IMG/VR virus record: IMGVR_UViG_3300025000_000063
Coordinates: 1 to 64,000 of that record
DNA: 64,000 bases
Strand: one strand, 5' to 3'
Source: a virus
Lineage: Duplodnaviria; Heunggongvirae; Uroviricota; Caudoviricetes
This document shows, piece after piece, positions 1-7,700 of the stretch. Position 1 is the first letter of the stretch, and every line of letters begins with the position of its first letter. The notes beneath the pieces were generated by a model. It searched no databases, was not told where the DNA came from, and saw nothing but the letters and a program-made list of their open reading frames with translations. Made by a program: the position numbers and the translations under genes.

Positions 1-26
1 GTCCATGGAAGAAAGCTGTAGAGATT

Positions 27-563
27 TCATAGGCCCCCCTCCTGTAGCGGTTCTTCACGCTTCCAATGATAAAATATTATACCTAACGTTAAATAGAAAA
101 TTCTAACGCTTGTTAGGTAAACTTTATGTAAGTTACTGATTATAAAAGATTTAAACCATGGGTGGCTTGGATTCTCAGGCAGACCAGCAGAGTTGAAACC
201 CTTGCCTCTCTTACGCTGGTGGCGTATCTCATGACAATCACGGCAGAGTGACATTAGATTGTCCATATCCAGGCGCTTTGACGGATCGTCCTCAACAGGG
301 ATGATGTGATGTACCACTACGGCCGGCCGGATAACACCGGCACCTTGGCAATCAATACATAAGGGGTTTTGTTTGAGATACCAATTCCGGAGCCGCTCCC
401 ACGCCGTATCGTAGCCGCGCGCCCTGGAGCTGGGCCGCTTATCTTGGTCTTGTCGGTATGATTGTTTTTTAGTGTCTTGGATGGACTGGCAGGCAGGGCA
501 GTACGTTGATGTGGTTAGATTCTTTTTACATTTTAAACATGGTTTGTTAGGTGTTTCGGGCAT
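27..563 (-). mobile_element. HNH homing endonuclease (Zn-ribbon + HNH motif)
   Basis: The translation has an N-terminal CxxC...CxxC ribbon. The HNH core reads VVHHIIP...NLMSLCRDCH...H. It sits at the edge of the early region, as is typical for phage homing endonucleases. Confidence 0.6.
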
Positions 564-696
564 TTATATACTGTTGCACTCCGTATGATACACAATTGCC
601 TCACAATACGCTTATGCTTCATGCTTGTCAAGAAATAAGAATTCATATGTCCTATTTTATTTTAAACAATGGTATATAAAACATTTGAAACGCTTT

Positions 697-1125
697 ATTA
701 TCAAAGCTTTCGAAACAAACAAGACGCGCAATGTCCTATAATAAATCAAAGAAGCGCGATGTCTGATTCACTATCTTGAACCAATAAACAAAACCTTGAA
801 AGCCTTTACAGTTAGGGATACCAAGACAAACAAGACATTCAATGTCTTATATTATGTTCAATATTTTGAATCTTTATTGCAATGACGAAAAGCCTTGATA
901 CGCAAAGCTATAAACATCAACAAGACAGTCAAGGTCTGACTATGAGTTCATAATCGTGAACCGATATAAAGATTTAAAGCTTTGGAAAGAACCAGGGGAA
1001 AAAACTTTAAATAGGACTGAAAGCCTTTATTATCAACATTCTTCAATTAAATTTAAAATACTTGGTATGTTTGGCATATGGATTGCATTAAAGAAAAGCA
1101 AGACCGACAATGTAAACACTAAATA
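697..1125. repeat. AT-rich iteron array of about four degenerate ~100 bp units. Each unit carries AAAGCCTT, then AACAAGAC-N3-CAATGTC (an internal palindrome), then TCKTGAACC.
   Basis: The direct repeats are visible at 720-738, 828-846, 918-936 and 1096-1114. AAAGCYTT recurs at 703, 803, 889, 975 and 1019. The region is noncoding. Confidence 0.5.
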
Positions 1126-1139
1126 GAAAGGAACAACCC

Positions 1140-1355
1140 ATGTATAAAAGAACTCCCGACAAATCTGAAATATACCCTCCAGAAGAAGACATAATTAAAA
1201 TAAGCCATATCACTCTTATCCATCAACTACAAAAGAAGATAAGCATGAAACAAACGGATTTTAACATTCTTTGGAAAAGATCCGCGGAATATCTGGAAAG
1301 TTTCAGAAACGACTTGGTTATGGTTTATAACCGAAAAATAAAAGAGGAGAAATAA
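1140..1355 (+). CDS. hypothetical early protein (71 aa)
   Basis: ORF with an AGGAA RBS. No recognisable domain. Confidence 0.4.
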   Translation: MYKRTPDKSEIYPPEEDIIKISHITLIHQLQKKISMKQTDFNILWKRSAEYLESFRNDLVMVYNRKIKEEK

Positions 1356-1360
1356 ATAAA

Positions 1361-1606
1361 ATGATAAAAACAGCCAAAACAATCAAAGATTTTAAAGCCG
1401 ATTTTAAGGGGTATAATATCCTTATCCCCGCGGGATCAACCGTATCAAATAATACAGCCCGCGGACCAGACGACAGCTATCATTTTTGGGTTGATTTTAA
1501 AGAACACGCTGAAAAAATAACCGGACATAAAAACAGTATCTTAAATCATGATCTTACTTACTACGGAATCAACGTCCCGGCTGAATTTTGTGAACCTTAT
1601 TTATAA
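1361..1606 (+). CDS. hypothetical early protein (81 aa)
   Basis: GAGGAG RBS 8 nt upstream. Tightly packed after the previous ORF. Confidence 0.45.
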   Translation: MIKTAKTIKDFKADFKGYNILIPAGSTVSNNTARGPDDSYHFWVDFKEHAEKITGHKNSILNHDLTYYGINVPAEFCEPYL

Positions 1607-1622
1607 AATAGGAGATAAAACC

Positions 1623-2132
1623 ATGAACGAATACCAGAAACAAGCAATCGACTTTTTGACAAAAACCGGCGCAACAATGGACATTATTAAAACGGGTCAC
1701 GGCCTTTATTTCGAAGACGATAAACAAGAAAGAGATATCTATCAAATCACAATCAAACGAGACAAAAGGCAATACTCTTTCCCGTTCGGCCAGTCCATCG
1801 CCAAGTCCGGAATCTACAGGGATAAAGTAACAAAAAAAGAATATTATCCGGACGGATCACCGGTCAACCCATACGGTAACAAAAAAGTTTCACCATCTTT
1901 TCTATCAGATTTTTGCGTCTTTATCCCTGGAAAAGCGCCGTCTGAATACAACGTCCTTGCAGCCTTAACAAAATATGAACCCGGAACCTTTGAAGATTTT
2001 TGCAGCGATTATGGCTATGATTCAGACAGCCGAAAAGCTGAAAAAGTATACAAAGCCGTAGTAAAAGAACTCAAGGCGCTTCAAACACTTTTCAGCGATG
2101 AAGAACTGGAAGAAATGCAGGAAATAAACTAA
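1623..2132 (+). CDS. hypothetical early protein (start adjusted to MNEYQK)
   Basis: An AGGAGA RBS precedes the ATG at 1623. The longer table ORF 1548-2132 probably starts internally. Confidence 0.5.
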   Translation: MNEYQKQAIDFLTKTGATMDIIKTGHGLYFEDDKQERDIYQITIKRDKRQYSFPFGQSIAKSGIYRDKVTKKEYYPDGSPVNPYGNKKVSPSFLSDFCVFIPGKAPSEYNVLAALTKYEPGTFEDFCSDYGYDSDSRKAEKVYKAVVKELKALQTLFSDEELEEMQEIN

Positions 2133-2163
2133 TTTGGCCATAACCTATACGGTTTATAAAACA
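2133..2163 (+). promoter_or_regulatory. early promoter-like motif copy (TTGGCC-N17-TAAAAC with a TACGGTTTATAAAA core)
   Basis: Member of a family of about 10 conserved motifs placed directly upstream of RBS+ATG of early genes. Confidence 0.45.
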
Positions 2164-2176
2164 GGAGAATAATACC

Positions 2177-2788
2177 ATGAGACAAAAAACAATAACGAGA
2201 AACGTTTACAAATTTGAAGAATTGTCAGAAAACGCAAAAGAAAGGGCCCTATATGAATACGGCCTTTTTCTGTCCGCCGAAAATAACTGGCATGAATACG
2301 AGATTGAGTACTGGGCCGAAAAACTTCAAAAAATAGGTTTCCTGAACGCTGATATACGCTTCTCCGGTTTCTGGTCTCAAGGCGACGGCGCAAGTTTTAC
2401 GGCCGACGTTGACCTTGATACTATCGTCAATTCATTGTTATGCTCTGATTATAACCGGTCTTATCTTGCTCTATGCACTATGCAAGATAAAAGCATAATC
2501 GATATTGATATTGACGTAACAAGAAATTCACACCATTACAGCCATGAAATGACCTGCGGCGTCAACATCGACTGGAATTGCTGGGATAAACCTATAAAAT
2601 TTGAAAATTGGTTAATCAGTGTCGTTGACAGCCTTGAAAAAGATATTGAATCGTTACGGTATGATCTTTGCCGGGAAATCTATAAATCCCTGAAAGAAGA
2701 ATATTATTATCAGGTTTCTAAAGAATCGTACAAGGAAACTTGTGACGCTAACGAATATGAGTTTTATTCAGACGGTTCTATGGCTTAA
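2177..2788 (+). CDS. hypothetical early protein (203 aa, acidic, Trp/Tyr-rich)
   Basis: ORF with an AGGAGA RBS, preceded by the promoter motif. Confidence 0.5.
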   Translation: MRQKTITRNVYKFEELSENAKERALYEYGLFLSAENNWHEYEIEYWAEKLQKIGFLNADIRFSGFWSQGDGASFTADVDLDTIVNSLLCSDYNRSYLALCTMQDKSIIDIDIDVTRNSHHYSHEMTCGVNIDWNCWDKPIKFENWLISVVDSLEKDIESLRYDLCREIYKSLKEEYYYQVSKESYKETCDANEYEFYSDGSMA

Positions 2789-2789
2789 A

Positions 2790-2820
2790 TTTGATCATAA
2801 CACGCACGGTTTATAAAAAA
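2790..2820 (+). promoter_or_regulatory. early promoter-like motif copy (TTGATC-N17-TAAAAA)
   Basis: TTTGATCATAACACGCACGGTTTATAAAAAAGGAGA lies directly before the ATG at 2834. Confidence 0.45.
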
Positions 2821-2833
2821 GGAGATAACTGAA

Positions 2834-3211
2834 ATGAAAATTAACACCACGAAAAAAGAAGAAATTTTAAAAGCAATTGAAACTGTTGAACTCAAACAAA
2901 AAGCCCGGCTTTTTAATCCTGATAGAATCACGGCCGGAATAAACGCCGCTGAAAAAATCCTTTCCCAGATGTGCCCGGAAAAATACTGGGCAGGTTCTAC
3001 CATAGAATTTTATCCAGAAAAACTGCCCAATGCTTATAAATCCATCGCTATGGGCACTCATGTACGCGCAGAAAAATATCCTTCGGGATGGTTTATCACA
3101 GATATCCGCCGGGGATATTGCGGAAAAAAGGCCTATGGTTCCGGTCCATCTTCTAAACTTTTTTTGTCAGATCTTACAAAGACAAATTTAAAAACTGAAT
3201 TCATCCTGTAA
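2834..3211 (+). CDS. hypothetical early protein (125 aa)
   Basis: ORF, RBS and promoter motif all present. Confidence 0.5.
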   Translation: MKINTTKKEEILKAIETVELKQKARLFNPDRITAGINAAEKILSQMCPEKYWAGSTIEFYPEKLPNAYKSIAMGTHVRAEKYPSGWFITDIRRGYCGKKAYGSGPSSKLFLSDLTKTNLKTEFIL

Positions 3212-3218
3212 ATTTGTT

Positions 3219-3249
3219 TTTGATCAACAGGTATACGGTTTATAGAATT
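3219..3249 (+). promoter_or_regulatory. early promoter-like motif copy (TTGATC-N17-TAGAAT)
   Basis: TTTTTGATCAACAGGTATACGGTTTATAGAAT. It is followed by an ATCGAYAA repeat cluster rather than an immediate gene. Confidence 0.4.
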
Positions 3250-3434
3250 TGAAAGGACAAAACCTTGACTTATTCACACATCGACAAACAAAACATAATC
3301 GACAACATTTACCAGACTCGATTAAGATTAATCAACCGGCACAAAATCGATTATACCAAGTCAGTTAAAATTTATATTTACTTCATGAATGCCTGGTTAG
3401 GCCGGGTATTTATTTAAAAAAGGAGAACGCTAAA

Positions 3435-3929
3435 ATGAACTCATTTAGAAAGATCAACCCTGCAAGCCCTGAAACAATCCTCAACATGACGGACGAAAAT
3501 CTTGCTATAATGGCCGCCATTACCGGCAAAGATATCAGTATCGGGCAGGCGCCTTTAATTGGCAGGTATGGCAACATTGACGGCAAAAGAATATCCGAGA
3601 CAGAACCAGCCCATGCGGACCTTGACTTTGCCTTTGAATGGGCGGAATCGGGAGAATTATGCCGTATTTATGTGGGCTCCAGAATTCACGGGCCTTTGAT
3701 GTCATGGTCAAGCGATGGATGGCGGAATTGTTACGGACACGGAAATCATGGAAAAAACGGGAGCCATGGCGGAACCTGGTCTTCCTCGTCAAAAGAGGTA
3801 TGGGCTACAATGGCTGAAGCCCTGGAAAACAGATCATACAAAGTCAGCGGAATTATGATGCACAAAAACCGGCTGATTGAAGGCCCTGCGCTTATCGAAG
3901 CGCTTCAAGAAATCGCAAAAACAGAATAA
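3435..3929 (+). CDS. hypothetical early protein (164 aa, Gly/His-rich C-terminus)
   Basis: ORF with an AGGAGA RBS. A truncated motif copy, GGGTATTTATTTAAAAA, lies upstream. Confidence 0.5.
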   Translation: MNSFRKINPASPETILNMTDENLAIMAAITGKDISIGQAPLIGRYGNIDGKRISETEPAHADLDFAFEWAESGELCRIYVGSRIHGPLMSWSSDGWRNCYGHGNHGKNGSHGGTWSSSSKEVWATMAEALENRSYKVSGIMMHKNRLIEGPALIEALQEIAKTE

Positions 3930-3930
3930 A

Positions 3931-3990
3931 TTTGACCTCATGCCCTACGGTTTACAGTTTCTGACCGCGGGACATAGGGTTTATAAAAAC
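3931..3990 (+). promoter_or_regulatory. tandem early promoter-like motifs (TTTGACC..CTACGGTTTACAG and TCTGACC-N17-TAAAAA)
   Basis: Two motif copies sit back to back before the ATG at 4003. Confidence 0.45.
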
Positions 3991-4002
3991 ACAAGGAGCT
4001 CC

Positions 4003-4401
4003 ATGAGAATAAAAGCAGGAAGAAAAAGCGACGGCCCTTGTGAAAGAGCCGAGGAATGCGCCCGGGAAAACGGCTTTACCTTAGAACGGGAGCCTTTTGG
4101 AAAAAGAGGAACAAACGTCGAAATATACTTAAACGGGAAAATGATAGGATACCGAAAAAGCTATCAAGGCGCTATAAATTTTATGAAAAAACACAAAGGA
4201 GAACCAAAACAAATGAGACCAAAATCGAACGTGAAAAATCCTACAGCTATGATAATTAAAAACATCCCCAAATCCTTAAGAAAGGCCGTAAATATTGCCG
4301 CTCAAGAAGCAGATATCACCGCCCAGGAATTACATCGCCGAGCGCTATTCTGGGCTATCAATAACATGAGCACCATTAAAAATATGGAAAACGTGATATA
4401 A
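4003..4401 (+). CDS. small basic protein with a C-terminal ribbon-helix-helix-like (Arc/CopG) DNA-binding motif
   Basis: The C-terminus reads IIKNIPKSLRKAVNIAAQEADITAQELHRRALFWAI, a beta strand followed by two helices. The start at 4003 has a GGAGCT RBS. Confidence 0.4.
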   Translation: MRIKAGRKSDGPCERAEECARENGFTLEREPFGKRGTNVEIYLNGKMIGYRKSYQGAINFMKKHKGEPKQMRPKSNVKNPTAMIIKNIPKSLRKAVNIAAQEADITAQELHRRALFWAINNMSTIKNMENVI

Positions 4402-4409
4402 CGGAATAG

Positions 4410-4456
4410 CATACGGTTTATAGTTTTTGACCAATACGTGTATGGTTTATAAATTT
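4410..4456 (+). promoter_or_regulatory. early promoter-like motif copies (TTGACC-N17-TAAATT)
   Basis: CATACGGTTTATAGTTTTTGACCAATACGTGTATGGTTTATAAATT. Confidence 0.45.
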
Positions 4457-4473
4457 TAATGAAAGGAAAAACA

Positions 4474-4581
4474 ATGACTGAAATTTTTGAATACATTGAC
4501 TCCCTGCCGGATAGAGTTTTCTTAGAGCTATTCGTTCTTTGGGTTATAATTTTACTGGCCCGGCCTAAAACCACCAATTAA
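4474..4581 (+). CDS. very small hydrophobic protein (about 35 aa)
   Basis: ATG 4474 follows a GAAAGGAAAAA RBS. It is below the 60 aa cutoff of the ORF track. Confidence 0.3.
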   Translation: MTEIFEYIDSLPDRVFLELFVLWVIILLARPKTTN

Positions 4582-4594
4582 AAAGGAAAACATC

Positions 4595-4756
4595 ATGAAT
4601 CTTAAAAAAGCACTGCCGGCCCTTGGTTTTTGTTTTGGTCTATTACTTGCATCCAATGACGGGAAATACTTTCCGGGGGTCAATATCGTGGGTCTGTTAG
4701 TCTTCGGCTTAAGCTGTTTTAAAATGAACAAGAATGGTGCGGTTTATAAACTTTGA
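4595..4756 (+). CDS. small membrane protein (53 aa)
   Basis: Translates as MNLKKALPALGFCFGLLLAS...GLLVFGLSCF, with two hydrophobic segments. An AAAGGAAAA RBS is present. Confidence 0.35.
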   Translation: MNLKKALPALGFCFGLLLASNDGKYFPGVNIVGLLVFGLSCFKMNKNGAVYKL

Positions 4757-4781
4757 CCAAGTATAAGACGGTCGAAAAAAC
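4739..4781 (+). promoter_or_regulatory. early promoter-like motif copy (TTGACC-N17)
   Basis: GCGGTTTATAAACTTTGACCAAGTATAAGACGGTCGAAAAAAC. Confidence 0.4.
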
Positions 4782-4796
4782 TTAAAGGAGAAGAAA

Positions 4797-5150
4797 ATGC
4801 GTCAATGGATGGCCGATCCTTCCTTGATGTGTCGTAAGCATTTACTTGGTGAACATGTTGAACACCATATGTTTATCGGCGCTTTAAAAAGAGAAAAGAA
4901 TGTGAACGGATACCTGGAAAAAGGCCTTTTAGAACCGCGATCTTTATTCAAGCGCCATGAAGAACTTGTCAAAGAGATGAAAAAGAGAGGGTATAAACAC
5001 TCTTCTCCTTTAACTAAAGAAGACGCGACTTGCATATCTTACCTTACCGAAAAACAGAAAAAAGCTAAAATAAACGCCGCTGTATCTTACAAAGATCTTG
5101 TATTAAGATGCCCTGAATGCTTCAAACTCATGATGGAGGAAATACGATGA
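4797..5150 (+). CDS. pyrimidine dimer DNA glycosylase (T4 endonuclease V / DenV-like)
   Basis: The N-terminal pattern SLMCRKHLLGEHVEHHM and the LFKRHEELVKEMKKRGYKH block resemble the DenV family, which has L.DQHL.AE.RE near its N-terminus followed by ...L..E..KRGF. This was compared by eye only. Confidence 0.45.
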   Translation: MRQWMADPSLMCRKHLLGEHVEHHMFIGALKREKNVNGYLEKGLLEPRSLFKRHEELVKEMKKRGYKHSSPLTKEDATCISYLTEKQKKAKINAAVSYKDLVLRCPECFKLMMEEIR

Positions 5151-5359
5151 TGACAAGAAAAGACATAGGAAAAAGAGTGATTGTATACCACGAAGAAGAA
5201 TTTTTAACCGGTAGGATATGCCAAGTAATTGAGGGCAACCCTTCTATCAACATCGGGGTAGAATTCGACAAGCCCAAATACTACTTTCATGACTGTGGGA
5301 AAACTTGTTCTAAGGGCTTCGGGTGGTATGTAAATGAAAAAGATATTACCTTCGATTAG
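5147..5359 (+). CDS. hypothetical protein (70 aa)
   Basis: Start MMTRKD overlaps the stop of the previous gene. Confidence 0.45.
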   Translation: MMTRKDIGKRVIVYHEEEFLTGRICQVIEGNPSINIGVEFDKPKYYFHDCGKTCSKGFGWYVNEKDITFD

Positions 5360-5370
5360 CCTGGATGAGT

Positions 5371-5432
5371 ATTTGATCGAAAGTGATACGATCGATAAAC
5401 TTTGATTGAACACGGTATGGTCAAGAAGTTTT
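5371..5432 (+). promoter_or_regulatory. early promoter-like motif copies
   Basis: ATTTGATCGAAAGTGATACGATCGATAAAC, then TTTGATTGAACACGGTATGGTCAAGAAGTTTT, lie before the RBS. Confidence 0.4.
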
Positions 5433-5445
5433 AAAGGAGAACATT

Positions 5446-5844
5446 ATGCAAGTAAACGAATACGCAAAGCACTTCTTCCTGTACGCAAAAGGCTGATATA
5501 GAAGATCGGAAGATCCATGGAAAGACTTAAAAAAGCTTAGGGGGATACACTTTCTAACAGTAGACGGGAAAGAAGAGAAAGATTTAATCCTTAACAAAAT
5601 AACCCAATGCGCTATTGAATGTATTTTAGAACACCCAAAACACAGAACTTTAACTGAATTCCAAGAACTGTTAACCAAACTGTCCCCCAACTACTGGTTA
5701 AGGAACTTTAACAAACCCCCAAAACCCTATGTCTATGAAACCGAACTATTAGAAATATGCTTAAACATTATGCGCTTTTCTAACATTGAAAACTTGAACC
5801 CTGATAAGGATTGCCGGTTTGATGTTTTGCCATCTCCTGAATAA
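5446..5844 (+). pseudogene. 132-codon reading frame interrupted by one in-frame TGA at 5494-5496 (16 aa leader + 115 aa continuation with no start codon)
   Basis: The frame is continuous from ATG 5446 to TAA 5842 except for one TGA. The downstream part reads as plausible protein (…LTVDGKEEKDLILNKITQCAIECILEHPKH…). Confidence 0.35.
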
Positions 5845-5854
5845 CGGCGGCATC

Positions 5855-5918
5855 TTTTTGACCGACAGAGGGATGGTTTCTAAAATTTGATCATAAGGTG
5901 TATGGTCGATAATTTTTT
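5855..5918 (+). promoter_or_regulatory. early promoter-like motif copies (TTTTTGACC... and TTGATC-N17-TAATTT)
   Basis: GGATGGTTTCTAAAATTTGATCATAAGGTGTATGGTCGATAATTTTTT. Confidence 0.45.
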
Positions 5919-5931
5919 AAAGGAGAAAACC

Positions 5932-6156
5932 ATGAAAATAGAAACAATTAAAAAAGCAAACATATTACTGGATAACATCGATAAAGTGGATTTTTTAATG
6001 CGGGATTATGTCCACATCGGCATTTTTACGAATCAAGACAGAGGACCCCAAAGCAGTGAACTCGCCGGCGAAGTAGCAAGCATACTGATAGGTGTGATCA
6101 AAACAGAACTGCCTAAATTGCGGACAAAATACCAAAAACAGCTCGAAGAACTGTAA
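5932..6156 (+). CDS. hypothetical protein (74 aa)
   Basis: ATG 5932 follows an AGGAGAAAAC RBS. Confidence 0.5.
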   Translation: MKIETIKKANILLDNIDKVDFLMRDYVHIGIFTNQDRGPQSSELAGEVASILIGVIKTELPKLRTKYQKQLEEL

Positions 6157-6200
6157 GACAGCACATGAGAGTTTTTACCGCCGCCCGAATAACACTAAAA

Positions 6201-6307
6201 TTTTTGACCCCAACCTGTACGGTCGATAAAAATTCAGAAGCCTTCTTTTTGATCAAGAGGGGTATGGTTTCTAAAATTTGACCAAACCCCTTACGGTCGA
6301 TAAAAAC
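6201..6307 (+). promoter_or_regulatory. three orphan copies of the early promoter-like motif with no downstream plus-strand gene
   Basis: TTTTTGACC-N17-TAAAAA at 6201, TTTTTGATC...GGTATGGTTTCTAAAA at 6246, TTTGACC-N17-TAAAAA at 6277. They abut the 3' end of minus-strand gene 6310-6714. Confidence 0.4.
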
Positions 6308-6309
6308 TT

Positions 6310-6714
6310 CTAAGGTCTGAAACCATCAAACAGAGAACGATTCTGGTTTTCTATTTTAGACATGTCCGCCTTTTCTAAAACCCTAATTCTTTTACGGCCC
6401 TTTATCACATCTTTTTTAACGACAAACACACGGCTGTCAAAATAAACCAAGTATCCAACAAGAAGGGGTAAAATTTTTTCACTCTCTTCCGTCAACCCCG
6501 CAACCTGTATAATCTTCTCAGGTACGGCAGACACAGGCATGAAACCGCCGCAATTGCCGAACTGATTCAACCCCTTACAATCTCCAGGAACCCAATGACC
6601 GTACATAGGGCTGCGGTTAGCGTATTTTGTACACCCATGAATAAAATCCAATTGGTTTTTATACTCAGGCCTTACAAAATATTCACACTCCATGCAAACA
6701 GAAACTACTTCCAT
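6310..6714 (-). CDS. hypothetical Cys-rich protein (134 aa)
   Basis: ORF with a GGAGA RBS. The N-terminal CMECEYF...C...C pattern suggests a metal site. It is the last gene of the leftward operon. Confidence 0.45.
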   Translation of the reverse strand: MEVVSVCMECEYFVRPEYKNQLDFIHGCTKYANRSPMYGHWVPGDCKGLNQFGNCGGFMPVSAVPEKIIQVAGLTEESEKILPLLVGYLVYFDSRVFVVKKDVIKGRKRIRVLEKADMSKIENQNRSLFDGFRP

Positions 6715-6732
6715 TTTTATTTCTCCTTTTTT

Positions 6733-6902
6733 TTATATTTTTTCCAGCTCTTTGTCTATCTCATACCTTCTCCGGGAATTCAAAACAGCAACCAAAAGCC
6801 ACGCCGGAAGCCAAAATCCGGCGGTAAACAAAGTCATGAACAAATGAAAAATATGACTAGTTTGACACGATTGACGCTTTGCTAACAGAACTGATTCTTT
6901 CA
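6733..6902 (-). CDS. small membrane protein (about 56 aa, start MKESVLL)
   Basis: A GGAGGAGAAAAAA RBS precedes the internal ATG. A hydrophobic stretch, LFMTLFTAGFWLPAWLLVAVL, is present. Confidence 0.35.
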
Positions 6903-6929
6903 TTTTTTTCTCCTCCGCGACCAAAAACA

Positions 6930-7700
6930 TTACTTCTTCTGAAACAGTAGCCGTTTTTTCAATTCTTCTTTTGCCCGAAACGCTATAGGCTCTTTTTTTC
7001 TTGCACCACGATTGCAAACTATTTCTATCTCGGTCAGATACCCATCAGATGTTGACTGGTGGGTTATTAAGCTGGGGTACTGTTTAATCTTTTTCTTGAA
7101 GTCAGAGGCGCGGAACTCAGGAACACACATAGCCCTCGACAGGGCTGTAACAAACGGCTTTGATGAAGCGTATTTAAGGCCCAGGCTTTGCATATACAGA
7201 ACCACGTCTTTTATTCTGTCGGTGAGCTTTGTGCTGGTGACTTTGTATGTCCCGTTAATAAACATATCACTGTAGTTTCCGCCGGAACCGGAAGGACTCC
7301 CTCTAAAAAACCCGATGGCGGTCGCGAGAGGAATCCTTGTTTCTTCGATAAAATCCTTTATCACAATATAATCTGGTCTTCCGTCTCTGACATACCCGTT
7401 CAGGAAATCGTGGAGAGACCATTTATTAACCGTCTTGGCCAAGTCGGGGATTGATATATCATCATTGCAGACAACGTATTTCGCCGGTATCCCCAAACTC
7501 TGAGCCACTTCAAGCCGGTGATGGCCGTCAATGACTTTAAATTTTTTGTTACCGTTGACTCTGACATGGCATGGATAAGCAGGTATCCAACCATGTTCAC
7601 GCATTGCCTTTGTTAAAAATCTGATCTTTGAAACATCCCGGTTGATCGGATGGAGTTCAAATTTTTCATAATCTGTCGTTGACCTTACTAAATCATTCAT
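6930..7700 (-). CDS. ParB/Srx-fold N-terminal domain protein (ParB-like nuclease domain)
   Basis: KVIDGHHRLEVAQSLGIP is the characteristic ParB N-terminal GxxR box. The start codon overlaps the upstream gene. Confidence 0.6.
   Translation of the reverse strand: MNDLVRSTTDYEKFELHPINRDVSKIRFLTKAMREHGWIPAYPCHVRVNGNKKFKVIDGHHRLEVAQSLGIPAKYVVCNDDISIPDLAKTVNKWSLHDFLNGYVRDGRPDYIVIKDFIEETRIPLATAIGFFRGSPSGSGGNYSDMFINGTYKVTSTKLTDRIKDVVLYMQSLGLKYASSKPFVTALSRAMCVPEFRASDFKKKIKQYPSLITHQSTSDGYLTEIEIVCNRGARKKEPIAFRAKEELKKRLLFQKK

Noticed and set aside
1548-1622. Upstream extension of gene 1623-2132 to the table start at 1548
   Set aside because: The extension overlaps the preceding gene, and the AGGAGA RBS sits before ATG 1623. 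I prefer the shorter start.
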